Assembly: GCA_963692865.2 (NCBI GenBank)
Contig: OY843592.1
Coordinates: 256,001-320,000, forward strand
Length of the DNA stretch: 64,000 nt
DNA from: a bacterium
GTDB taxonomy: Bacteria > UBA8248
Reading direction: 5' to 3'
The notes under the pieces are model-generated. The model saw only the letters and a list, made by a program, of their open reading frames with translations. It had not been told where the DNA came from and searched no databases. Every line of letters starts with the position of its first letter. Position 1 is the first letter of the stretch. The translations under genes were made by a program, and so were the position numbers. This document shows positions 9,615-19,158 of this stretch, in pieces.

Positions 9615-10475
9615 ATGTCGCATTCCAAGGTCGTCGAACTGGCGGAGGGAAAGGTCTACGCCCTCCACAACACTTTTCCCTTGGACGGGCGGATCAGCGC
9701 ATACCCCATCAGCGCGCGCGGGCACAGCGTCTCGAACTGCTATCTTTTGAAAGAAGACGCAGGAGCGCTGCTGCTCGACACGGGCTACGCCGCCCATGAA
9801 ACCGAAATCCTGGCGCAACTCGCATCCATCCTCGAGCCCGACACGCCCCTGACGATGCTCCCGCTGCGCATCAACGAATTCATGTCGGTGGGCAACGCCA
9901 TGGCGGTCGCCAAGCGCTTCAACGTGGCGGAGTGCCTCGCGCCCGTGCCGGAGATCAACGAGTGGCTCGAGTTCGAAGCGCTGGAGCCCGGCGGCGGCAA
10001 CGGCAATCCCGTCCTTCCCACGACGATACTGAAGCCCCTGCATCCCGTTGAAATCGGCGATAGACGTATCGAGGTCATGAACGCGCCGATCCGCCTCATC
10101 AGCACCCGCTGGATTTACGACCCTGCCACGCGCACCCTGTTCACCTCGGACATGTTCAGCCACCTCTGGGCGGAAACGGCGGAAGGCCCCTGGATTCTGG
10201 ATGAGGACGAGGTGACGACGACGGCCTTCGTCCGCTCGTTCCTGCTGAACACGCGCTACTGGTGGCTAGAGGGCGCGCGGACGGACGCCATCCGCAAGGG
10301 TATCGCCGAAGTTTTCGAGCGCTACGAGATCGAGACCATCGCGCCGGGATACGGCGCCGTCCTGCGCGGGCGTCACCTTGTCGAGCGGCAATTCGCCGTG
10401 CTGGATGAGGTTCTGGCGGGTCTCGACCGGGGCGTCGTCAAGCCGGGCTACGTCGCGCTGGGTCTGGAGAGATAG
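9615..10475 (+). CDS. Metallo-beta-lactamase-fold protein (FprA/ODP-like), metal motif degenerate
   Basis: NCYLL..ALLLDTG, WIYDPATRTLFTSDMF, IAPGYG; HxHxDH replaced by RINEFMS. Confidence 0.75.
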   Translation: MSHSKVVELAEGKVYALHNTFPLDGRISAYPISARGHSVSNCYLLKEDAGALLLDTGYAAHETEILAQLASILEPDTPLTMLPLRINEFMSVGNAMAVAKRFNVAECLAPVPEINEWLEFEALEPGGGNGNPVLPTTILKPLHPVEIGDRRIEVMNAPIRLISTRWIYDPATRTLFTSDMFSHLWAETAEGPWILDEDEVTTTAFVRSFLLNTRYWWLEGARTDAIRKGIAEVFERYEIETIAPGYGAVLRGRHLVERQFAVLDEVLAGLDRGVVKPGYVALGLER

Positions 10476-10483
10476 GAGCGCGC

Positions 10484-11245
10484 ATGAGCCGGCCCCTGCC
10501 CCGAGAAATATCGCCCGGCGTATTCTGGCTCGGCGACTGCCTCGTGCAGCACTCACAGGGCAAAATCTACCACTCCTACAACGCGGCCTTCCTCGTCATC
10601 GGCTCGGAATCCTCCATGCTCGTGGAGACGGGGCACCCCAAGGATTTCCCCGTCATCGAGCGCCAGATGAGGGACATCCTCGCCCGCGGCGGAGGCCCGC
10701 TCAGGCACCTGTTCCTGACCCATCAGGAAACGCCCCACTCGGGCGGGCTGGGCCGCGTGCTCGACAGATACCCCGACCTCACCATCCACGGAGACATGTG
10801 CGACTACCATCTCGCGTTCCCCCAGCACGAAGGCCGCTTCAAGGAGATGCGCGTGGGAGAGGCCATCGATCTGGGCGACACCCAATTCATGGCCGTGGAG
10901 CCCGTGATCAGGGACTTGCGGAGTTCTCTCTGGGGGTTCGAGACCAAAGGACGCGTGCTGTTCCCCGGTGACGGTTTCGCCTACAGCCACTACCATACGG
11001 ACGGCCACTGCGGGATGTTCGCCGAAGAGGCCGCATCGCTCGATCTGGTCGACGCACTGGGGGTTTTCGCCGAACGCGCCCTGTACTGGACCACCTTCAC
11101 CGACATGAACGTCTACGCCGACAAGCTCGAAGAGCTGATGGACGAACTTGGCGTCCGCGTCGTCGCGCCGACGCACGGCCTCCCGATACGGGACATCGCG
11201 CGCACCATGCCCAAGGTGCGGGAAGGCCTCATCCGGGGCGATTGA
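10484..11245 (+). CDS. Metallo-beta-lactamase-fold protein (FprA/ODP-like)
   Basis: LVETG, LTHQETPHSGG, VLFPGDGF, VAPTHG. Confidence 0.8.
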   Translation: MSRPLPREISPGVFWLGDCLVQHSQGKIYHSYNAAFLVIGSESSMLVETGHPKDFPVIERQMRDILARGGGPLRHLFLTHQETPHSGGLGRVLDRYPDLTIHGDMCDYHLAFPQHEGRFKEMRVGEAIDLGDTQFMAVEPVIRDLRSSLWGFETKGRVLFPGDGFAYSHYHTDGHCGMFAEEAASLDLVDALGVFAERALYWTTFTDMNVYADKLEELMDELGVRVVAPTHGLPIRDIARTMPKVREGLIRGD

Positions 11246-11390
11246 AGCGCGAACCCCGGAGGGGGGAATTCCAGCCGATGAATGAGGAATCGTAGAGGCA
11301 ATCCCTCCTCGGGGTTGTCCTGCCCTCCGTGTTTGTTCTCGTTCAAGGCGGATCTGGGCAGGACAGGCACAGAGGCCTGTCCCTACAGAC

Positions 11391-11789
11391 TTAGACGTCC
11401 TCCACAAGTTCCCACAGCGTGCCCATGGTGCTCTTGGGCTTGATGAAGGCGATGAGGTGGCCGCCGAAGCCGGGTCTTGATTTCTCGTCAATCAACTCGA
11501 AGCCTTGCGCCTTCATGTCGGCCAGCACGCCGTCGATGTTCTTCACGTCGAAGGCCACATGGTGGAGACCCTCGCCGCGCTCCTCGATGAATTTGGCGAG
11601 GGGCGTGTCTTGCCGGATGGGCGAGATGGGCTCGATGAGGTCGCCGCCCAGGTCCAGCATGGCCAGATCGGTCGCGCCGTCGGCGGAAGTCTCGCGCGCC
11701 AACAGCTTCGCGCCCATGCCCTCGTAAAGGGCGATGGCGGCGTCCATGTCCTTCACCGCGACGCCGATGTGATGAAATTTGTTGAACAT
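11391..11789 (-). CDS. mce: Methylmalonyl-CoA epimerase / VOC-family protein
   Basis: HHIGVAVKD, KFIEERGEGLHHVAFDV, IAFIKPKSTMGTLWELVE. Confidence 0.8.
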   Translation of the reverse strand: MFNKFHHIGVAVKDMDAAIALYEGMGAKLLARETSADGATDLAMLDLGGDLIEPISPIRQDTPLAKFIEERGEGLHHVAFDVKNIDGVLADMKAQGFELIDEKSRPGFGGHLIAFIKPKSTMGTLWELVEDV

Positions 11790-11999
11790 CTCCGTATTCC
11801 TCCCGGCCGGAAGCGGCGGCGGGGCGTCTCCCATCGCCGCATCGGCCATTCAAAGATTTAATGACAATCTGTTTAACAGGCTTGCCGGGATTCCACAATC
11901 GAACCCGCTGCGAAACTATACTTGGCGAAGCGTTTGCCGTATCCTTCGCGCATCGGCGAAATCATACGAATCGCATATACACCCATAAGGAGAACATCC

Positions 12000-12563
12000 A
12001 TGCAAGAAGGCCCCATCGACGGACACGCCACCTCCACCGTGCCGGGCGAGCGCGTCATCGACAAGCCCGAACTCCCCTCCGGGGGGCTTTACACCGACAA
12101 CACCGTCCACACGGAGATGCACGAGGGCTCCCTGCAACTCAAACGCGGCACAGCCGGAAAATTCGAGATATTCTGCGACGAGGGCGCGAACATCGGCGGC
12201 ACGGCGCAATACCCCACGCCGATGGCCTATCTCGCCATGGCGACGGGCTTCTGACTGCTCACCCAGGTGTCGCGGTACGCGCACATGATGAAAATGGAGA
12301 TCAAGGGAGCGAGCGTCTCGGTGCGGTTCCGGAAACTGCTGGGCGGCTCGGTGCTCAAGGGCACCGTGTTCAACAAGTGGGAGGCCGTGGACACGCACCT
12401 GAAAGTCGAATCGGACGAACCGGCCGACAGGCTCGCCCACCTCATCAGGAACGCCAAGAACGGCTGTTTCGCCGAGGCCCTGATCACGGAACCCGTGCCG
12501 CTCCACTCCACCGTGGAGGTGAACGGCGAGCCGTTCCGGATAGAGGGCGTGACGGCGGACTGA
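12000..12563 (+). CDS. OsmC/Ohr-family protein with in-frame TGA (probable selenocysteine, codon 85)
   Basis: ORFs 11922-12254 and 12267-12563 share one frame; DEG..GG..PTPMAYLAMATGF-U-LLTQ places TGA at the first OsmC Cys; second Cys in KNGCFA; SECIS-like hairpin 12267-12284; AAGGAG RBS. Confidence 0.85.
12267..12284 (+). promoter_or_regulatory. Putative bacterial SECIS element (OsmC-like gene)
   Basis: GTG-T(bulge)-CGCG-GTA(loop)-CGCG-CAC starting 12 nt after TGA; same geometry as the E. coli fdhF SECIS (bulged U, apical GU). Confidence 0.7.
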
Positions 12564-12584
12564 CACCCATACATGGAGTTTATC

Positions 12585-13046
12585 ATGGAATACTTCAACG
12601 CATCGCCCGGCATCGCCTTCGGCTCGCAGCCCGAGCCCGCCGACCTCGAAGCCCTCGCCGCCAGGGGGGTCAGTACCATCATCAACACGCGCTTTCCCGA
12701 GGAAGACCAGGGCGACCTCCCCCCCGAGCGCGCGAAGGCCCAGGCCGAGGCGCTGGGGATGCGCTACGTGAACGTCCCCGTCTCGCCCGTCGAGTTCAGC
12801 CCCGCCTCGCTGGCCGAGGTGAGCCGCGCCCTCACCGACGCCAGGGCCCACGGCCCCGCCTTCGTCCACTGAAAGGCCACGGGGCGGGCCGGGATTTGCT
12901 CGCTGAACCATCTGGCGGATGAGAACGGCTGGACGGCGCGGGAGATGGAGGAGGCCGCAGACGCCACCGGCTTTAATTGGCGCGAGGCGCCTCTCGCGCC
13001 CAAGTACCGCGAGTTCTTCGCGCGCAGGCCCGAGGGGTCGTCGTAA
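12585..13046 (+). CDS. DUF442/Blh-like (PTP-fold) sulfurtransferase with in-frame TGA (probable selenocysteine, codon 96)
   Basis: GSQP..DLEALAARGVSTIINTR..GMRYVNVPV..PAFVH-U-KATGR = H-C-x4-R loop; frame continues 57 codons to TAA at 13044-13046. Confidence 0.82.
12884..12903 (+). promoter_or_regulatory. Putative SECIS element (DUF442-like gene)
   Basis: GCGGGC/GCTCGC stem starting 11 nt after TGA, bulged C, G-U pairs, apical GAT loop. Confidence 0.5.
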
Positions 13047-13213
13047 ACCCTCAAGCTGCGGCCCGATGCGCGCCGCGCGCAAATGCGGGCAATTGCGGGG
13101 AAATGCCGAGGCGGCGAAAAACTTTTTTTTGCCGTAAACTTGAGTCCGGCGCGTTCATATTTATAGCATAACCAGCGATATTACAATCATTTACGGGAAA
13201 TATTCCTTTCATC

Positions 13214-13269
13214 AATTTATCGAAAAACGTCGTGAATTTATCCGAATTTATACAATTTTTCAGTAATTC
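13214..13269. repeat. 56-bp AT-rich dispersed element, copy 2
   Basis: Differs at 2 positions from copy at 966-1021. Confidence 0.85.
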
Positions 13270-14284
13270 CGAATCTTGCCCGACCGGGGAAGGAGCGGCT
13301 GCGCTTCGCCGGTCGGGCAGTGAACAATCGCGCCGCCCCATACGAATCGCCGCATCCATTTTCTCCCCTCCTCTCATCGCCGAGAACAGCAATTCCTCGC
13401 TCCCCGCTCGAAATTGACGTTCGCGCGCGGGATTATCGCCCGCTACGCAGAAAACCCGACGACGGCAATTGCGGGGAAATGCGGCGTCAGCCGGATTTTG
13501 CGGGGATGGCCCACGGGGTTCTTGAAAAAGCCTCCCTGAAAAGGGGCGTTGGAGGTTGAACCCGACCGAGAAGAGAGGGTTCACGGCAAGGGGAGGTAAA
13601 AGCGATGCGCCCGGCGTGGGGTTTTTCGACAGCCCGGACACGCGGCCCATGGCCGGGAGGCGAAAACAGGCGGGGCCGCAAGGAGCGATTGCCCGCGCGC
13701 GTGGCTTCGACCGTCATGCCGGAACCCTCTCATCCGGCATCCCGTAGGGGCGGTTCGCGAACCGCCCCGCTTCCCGAGTGGTGAAAAATCCCGGTTTTAA
13801 GGCGAAATATCCGCGGCGTATCGTGGGACAGGCGAGTGTTGGGGTGGAAATGAACGCCTTGTTCGCCGTCGACGGGGGGAGGACGACAGCGATTTGAGGG
13901 GGGGCGTTCGGTGGAAATTTTACTTTTCCCCGATTGATATTTTCGCTTTATTGTCGTATCATGTCTTTATGGCTGCAGAGATGAAAAGAAGAAGCGGCGA
14001 GTTGCGCACAAGGGAATGCGTTTCGTCATAGCGCTTTTCCGATGCGGCTGGAGTCCTCAGCGAAACGATGACGGGAAAGGTTGTCTTCGGAAAATGGCGT
14101 GGCGGCGGTTTGGCATAGTGAAGAAGTGGATTTTTGGTGATTCGTTTGACTCCCTTATATCCTTGAGACATCTTTTGGTTTGTTATTTCCTGGAAAGCCC
14201 GCCCGAAATTTTCACCCGAAGGACAGTCGCGCATCCGGTATTTTCCACCCGTCGCACGGTCGGCGAACGACTGCGGAATACGGC

Positions 14285-15280
14285 ATGGTGATCGGGCAAA
14301 CCACGGTCTTCAAACCGCGAATCGAAACGTATTGCGTCGAGACGGGGCAATTCGAATTGGGGTTCGAGACCAGAAGACAGGGGTTCCTGGCTTCGCTCCG
14401 CAGTTCGGGAAAGCTCGATTACAAGCGCTACCTCGGTTCCCCGCTTCGCTACGCGGGAGGCAAGAGCCTCGCCGTCGGGCACGTCGTCGAGCGCATACCG
14501 GACAACTTGGACCGCATGGTGTCTCCGTTCATCGGCGGCGGATCGGTGGAGATCGCCTGCGCCAACGAACTGGGAATTCAGGTGCAGGGTTACGACGTAT
14601 TCGATATCCTCACGAACTACTGGAAGGTTCAACTGCAGAGCCCCGTCGAGTTGGCCGAGCGCATCTCGAAGTGGAAGCCCACGAAGGCCGCTTACGCTCA
14701 GGTGAAGGAACGTCTGAAAGCGCACTGGAAGGCGGAGAAACGCATCGCCGATCCCCTGGAACTGGCGGCTCGTTATTGGTTCAATCACAATCTGAGTTAC
14801 GGACCGGGTTTTCTAGGTTGGATGTCCAAGATTTATGAGGAACCCGATCGTTTTGAGCGCCTGCTCGACAAGGCGCGGGACTTCAGGTGTCCGGACATGC
14901 GGGTGGCGCATGGATCATTCGAAGCGACCATACCGCGGCATCGGCGAGATTTTCTGTATTGCGATCCGCCTTATTACCTGGACGGCGACAGTAAAATGTT
15001 CCGGGGCATTTACCCTCAAAGGAATTTCCCCGTCCATCATAAGGGCTTCGATCACGAGCGTCTCAGGGACTTGTTGTATGAACATGAGGGGGGATTCATT
15101 CTTTCCTATAACGACTGCAAGGCGATCCGGGAATGGTACGCCGATTTCCGCATTGTCGAAGTAGAGTGGCAGTATACGCTGGGCCAAGGCGAAACGCGGA
15201 TCGGCAAGAACCGGATCGAGAACGGAACGAAAAATCACGTGAAGGCGTCGCACGAACTTTTAATCGTGCAAGGAATTTGA
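14285..15280 (+). CDS. Dam/D12-class DNA adenine methyltransferase
   Basis: SPLRYAGGKS, SPFIGGGS (motif I), YCDPPY (motif IV), FILSYND; start codon uncertain. Confidence 0.92.
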   Translation: MVIGQTTVFKPRIETYCVETGQFELGFETRRQGFLASLRSSGKLDYKRYLGSPLRYAGGKSLAVGHVVERIPDNLDRMVSPFIGGGSVEIACANELGIQVQGYDVFDILTNYWKVQLQSPVELAERISKWKPTKAAYAQVKERLKAHWKAEKRIADPLELAARYWFNHNLSYGPGFLGWMSKIYEEPDRFERLLDKARDFRCPDMRVAHGSFEATIPRHRRDFLYCDPPYYLDGDSKMFRGIYPQRNFPVHHKGFDHERLRDLLYEHEGGFILSYNDCKAIREWYADFRIVEVEWQYTLGQGETRIGKNRIENGTKNHVKASHELLIVQGI

Positions 15281-15281
15281 A

Positions 15282-16067
15282 GTGGCGCGAAGGCGCGCGA
15301 TGACTTCCGATCACGCCGGCGAAGTGAAAATAGCCGGGCATTTGAATGAGTACGACTTCGCCGATTTGATCGGGGGAGAAGTCAATCTCGGAACGCACAC
15401 GGACAAGAAAGATGTGATCGATGGACAGCATCGCTCCCATTCCGTGAAAGCGGGAACGTGGTGGCAAGTATTTCTCTACGGCAGGGATCGCCTGGAAACG
15501 AACACCATTTTCCAGGGATTGGGCGAAGTCGCCAACATCATGATCGCGCGCATCGACGCCTATCCGTCAAGCTATGCCGACTACCAACGCGATAAGACAG
15601 AGGCGAAGAGAAAACTGCAACCGCGCATGCGGAGACTTTTGGCCGAACTTGAAAAACCGAACATATTCAGCGCATTTCTCGACAAGCCGCTCTTCGATGG
15701 CGGAAATGCGGAATACCTGAGCATTTTCCTCGGCCCTGCGAAAACGGACAAAAAGAACAAAACCTTTCATGTATTCCACAAAGATGCAGTCGTGGCCGCG
15801 CTTGCGGCGGACGTAACGCTACGCAACTCCAAAGCCAGAAATGCGAAGCAGATGGACGATCAGAAAGTTACTTTCCGGTCTGCGCTTCATCGCAAGAATA
15901 TCGGAGAGATCGAGGATCGCCACGACAGCAAAGGGCACTACAGGGAGATGAAATTCCGTCTCAACGCCAGGCTGGTTTTTGAGATTCTAACAAACGGCAT
16001 TACGGACACGAAACTGGCGAGACCTCAGGTGATCACCTACGGGAGAGCTGCGCGGTTGTTCAAATGA
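15282..16067 (+). CDS. Putative type II restriction endonuclease
   Basis: Starts 1 nt after the MTase stop; E..KKDVID..HSVK resembles a PD-(D/E)xK core; lower GC. Confidence 0.65.
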   Translation: MARRRAMTSDHAGEVKIAGHLNEYDFADLIGGEVNLGTHTDKKDVIDGQHRSHSVKAGTWWQVFLYGRDRLETNTIFQGLGEVANIMIARIDAYPSSYADYQRDKTEAKRKLQPRMRRLLAELEKPNIFSAFLDKPLFDGGNAEYLSIFLGPAKTDKKNKTFHVFHKDAVVAALAADVTLRNSKARNAKQMDDQKVTFRSALHRKNIGEIEDRHDSKGHYREMKFRLNARLVFEILTNGITDTKLARPQVITYGRAARLFK

Positions 16068-16631
16068 GGCATCCCGTGAAAAAGCGCGCCTCCTCCCCAT
16101 AGCCCACGGACTGGCAGCCGGGTTAGCCAAACCGGAGAAGAAAGTCCGCAACAATGCCGCGACGGAGAACCTTGCGAGTCAGGCGCTCTCCAGCGCGTCC
16201 GAGATGCGCTCGCAGAAGACGGCGTCGCCGGGGAACTAGAATCACTGGTTGGTGCGTTGCTGAAAACCGCCGAGGTCAATCCCTGACCGCCTCCTCCTCC
16301 CCGGTCTTCCAGACGCCCCTCTCCCGGAAAGCGGGGATGGTCCGGCGACGGCTGAGAAGATCAACCGCCTTCGTCCCGTTCACGTTGATTCGTCGATTTT
16401 ACGTGAACGAACCACGTAAAACGCTCTTCACTCACCCCTGATCGAACAAGCCAAGTGAATGAATTTTGCGGCTCGATTCCGGCATGCGCCGGAATGACGG
16501 CGCTGCGGTTCGCTTCCGACCGGGAGGGCGCATTCGACAGTTTCCTTGACACTCACCTTGCGCGTCGCTAGGTTGTCCCGGATTATGTCCAGCCAGCCAC
16601 GACCATCATCGCCACCAGCCTGGAGGGAGCC

Positions 16632-18314
16632 ATGGCCATCGCATCGGACGTAGAGATCGCACAGGGGGCGAAGCTCCGGCCCATCGTCGAAGTCGCCGAA
16701 GAACTGGGACTCGGGGCGGAGGAGATAGAACTCTACGGCGCGCACAAGGCCAAGGTCGAACTCGGCGCGCTCGCGCGGCGCGAGGGGGCGCCGGACGGAA
16801 AACTCATCCTCGTCACCGCCATGACGCCCACCCCGCTGGGCGAGGGCAAGACGCTCACCACGGTGGGCCTCGGCCAGGCGCTCGCGCGGCTGGGCAAAAA
16901 GAGCGTCATCTGCGTACGCGAACCCTCGCTCGGCCCCGTGTTCGGCATCAAGGGGGGCGCGGCGGGCGGCGGCATGTCGCAGGTGCTGCCGATGGAGGAC
17001 ATCAACCTGCACTTCACGGGCGACATCCACGCGGTCACCTCCGCCCACAACCTGCTGTCCGCCCTCCTCGACGCGCACGTGTTCCACGGCAACGAACTCG
17101 GGCTGGACGTGAACCGCGTCACCTGGAAGCGGGTGCTGGACATGAACGACCGCGCGCTGCGCCACGTCCTCGTGGGTCTGGGCGGCAGGACGCACGGCGT
17201 GCCCAGGGAAGAGGGCTTCATGATCACGGCGGCGTCCGAGATCATGGCCGTCTTGTGCCTGGCGAGCGGCCCGGGGGACATGAAGGAGCGCATCGGGCGC
17301 ATCGTGGTCGGCTACACGCGGAAGGGCGCGCCCGTCACGGCGGGGGATCTGAACGCCTCGGGCGCGATGGCCCTGCTCCTCAAAGACGCCGTCAAGCCCA
17401 ATCTCGTGCAGACGCTGGAGGGCTCTCCCGCCTTCGTCCACGGCGGGCCGTTCGGCAACATCGCCCACGGGACGAACTCCACCATCGCGGACAGGCTCGC
17501 GCTCAAGCTCGCCGACGTGATGGTCGTGGAGGCGGGCTTCGGCTCCGACCTGGGGGCGGAGAAATTCTTCGACATCACCGCGCGGACGGCGGGGCTGAAC
17601 GTGGACGCGGTGGTGCTCGTCGCCACCGTCCGCGCGCTCAAGCTCCACGGCGGCGTCCCCTTCGACAAGGAGGCCCTGGCGGAGGAGAACGCGGACGCCG
17701 TAACGGAAGGCTTCTCGAACCTGCGCACCCACGTCGAGAACATGAAAGGCTTCGGCGCGCCCGTCGTCGTGGCCGTGAACCGCTTCGCCTCGGACACGGA
17801 CGCGGAGGTCGCGCGCGTGAAAGAGCTTTGCGTCGAGGCGGGAGCGCCCTGCTGCGCGCACGAGCTTCACGGCAAGGGCGGCGAGGGCGGCCTCGAACTC
17901 GCCGAGACGGCGTACGGGCTCGCCGCCGCGAACGACGCGCCCTACGCGCCGCTCTATCCCCTCGACATACCGCTCAAGGAAAAAATCGAGACCATCGCGA
18001 AGCGCATCTACCGCGCGGACGGCGTCGCCTTCGAGCCGGCCGCCGCGCGCAGCCTGCGCTCCTTGACGCGGCTGGGCTACGGGGAGTTGCCCGTCTGCAT
18101 GGCGAAGACGCAGGCCTCCTTGTCGGACGACCCCAGGAAGCTGGGCGGGCCGCGCGGCTTCACGGTGAACGTGCGCGAGGTCTACGTCTCGGCGGGGGCG
18201 GGGTTCGTGGTCGCCATCGCGGGGAGCATCATGCAGATGCCCGGCCTCGCCAAGACGCCCGCCGCCGCGGGGATGGACGTCACCGCCGACGGCAGGATCA
18301 CGGGGCTGTTTTAG
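16632..18314 (+). CDS. fhs: Formate--tetrahydrofolate ligase
   Basis: TPTPLGEGKT, REPSLGPVFGIKGGAAGGG, INLHFTGD, HGGPFGNIAHG, MPGL. Confidence 0.98.
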   Translation: MAIASDVEIAQGAKLRPIVEVAEELGLGAEEIELYGAHKAKVELGALARREGAPDGKLILVTAMTPTPLGEGKTLTTVGLGQALARLGKKSVICVREPSLGPVFGIKGGAAGGGMSQVLPMEDINLHFTGDIHAVTSAHNLLSALLDAHVFHGNELGLDVNRVTWKRVLDMNDRALRHVLVGLGGRTHGVPREEGFMITAASEIMAVLCLASGPGDMKERIGRIVVGYTRKGAPVTAGDLNASGAMALLLKDAVKPNLVQTLEGSPAFVHGGPFGNIAHGTNSTIADRLALKLADVMVVEAGFGSDLGAEKFFDITARTAGLNVDAVVLVATVRALKLHGGVPFDKEALAEENADAVTEGFSNLRTHVENMKGFGAPVVVAVNRFASDTDAEVARVKELCVEAGAPCCAHELHGKGGEGGLELAETAYGLAAANDAPYAPLYPLDIPLKEKIETIAKRIYRADGVAFEPAAARSLRSLTRLGYGELPVCMAKTQASLSDDPRKLGGPRGFTVNVREVYVSAGAGFVVAIAGSIMQMPGLAKTPAAAGMDVTADGRITGLF

Positions 18315-18621
18315 GGGGAGTGGGTATTCATTAGGCGTACGGGATATCGAGATTGAATGCTTGGGCGCGCATTAGTTTGTGGGGTTTTTTTGGGGTAGCG
18401 TGGGGAAATCTTGCTTCTAGCGTAATGTGAATAAAATCAATGATCACCGGACAAGTAGCTATATCTGTGTACATAGTCCGAGTCCCATAACAATAACCAT
18501 ACATACACCGATGCCCACCCTTAGATTATTGGCAATTCTTTAGCCCTAGCTACGCTCAAGAAATATACTATGAAAGGAGAGTCACTGCGTGTAAAATAAG
18601 TAGCATCTAAACTGAATATAG

Positions 18622-19158
18622 ATGAAACGGGACCAATACATGCTGAATTTGAATGATTTGGGCAACGGTCTCCTCCCTGCTATTTCACCAAAATTTGGCA
18701 TGGCATTGGCAGAGGCTGGAGGTGTATGTTTAGAGTCTGAGGGACACGTTGCAGGTGTCCAACTTAATGTCAGGGGTATTGTCAAAAGTTTCTACAATTT
18801 AGATTGGCCGCCTATTAACGAACAGTCCCTTAGGGCTTGGAATGACCCTGAAGTAGCTACCGAGCATGGAGCAATGGGTATCGCAGTTTTACTGGCGAAA
18901 AAGGCGATGGGCTATGTGGCGCTCGCACGCTCCCGAAAAGGTACAGGCTTTGATTACTGGATGGGAGATGAATCAACTGAACCCTTCCAATTCAAAGCAA
19001 GGTTGGAAATCCCGGGTATTCGTAAAGGGAATGACAGTGACATCAAGAGAAGAGTCCGTCAGAAGCTAAATCAAACGGTCCGCGCCGGGGGCTCTTTGCC
19101 AGCATATGCAATTGTGGTCGAGTTTAGTAAACCTCTCGCCGAGGTTCAGAAAAAATGA
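18622..19158 (+). CDS. Hypothetical protein, possible PD-(D/E)xK-like nuclease
   Basis: Low GC; ATEHGA..RSRKGTGFDYWMG..ARLEIPGIRKG; stop overlaps next start (ATGA). Confidence 0.6.
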   Translation: MKRDQYMLNLNDLGNGLLPAISPKFGMALAEAGGVCLESEGHVAGVQLNVRGIVKSFYNLDWPPINEQSLRAWNDPEVATEHGAMGIAVLLAKKAMGYVALARSRKGTGFDYWMGDESTEPFQFKARLEIPGIRKGNDSDIKRRVRQKLNQTVRAGGSLPAYAIVVEFSKPLAEVQKK

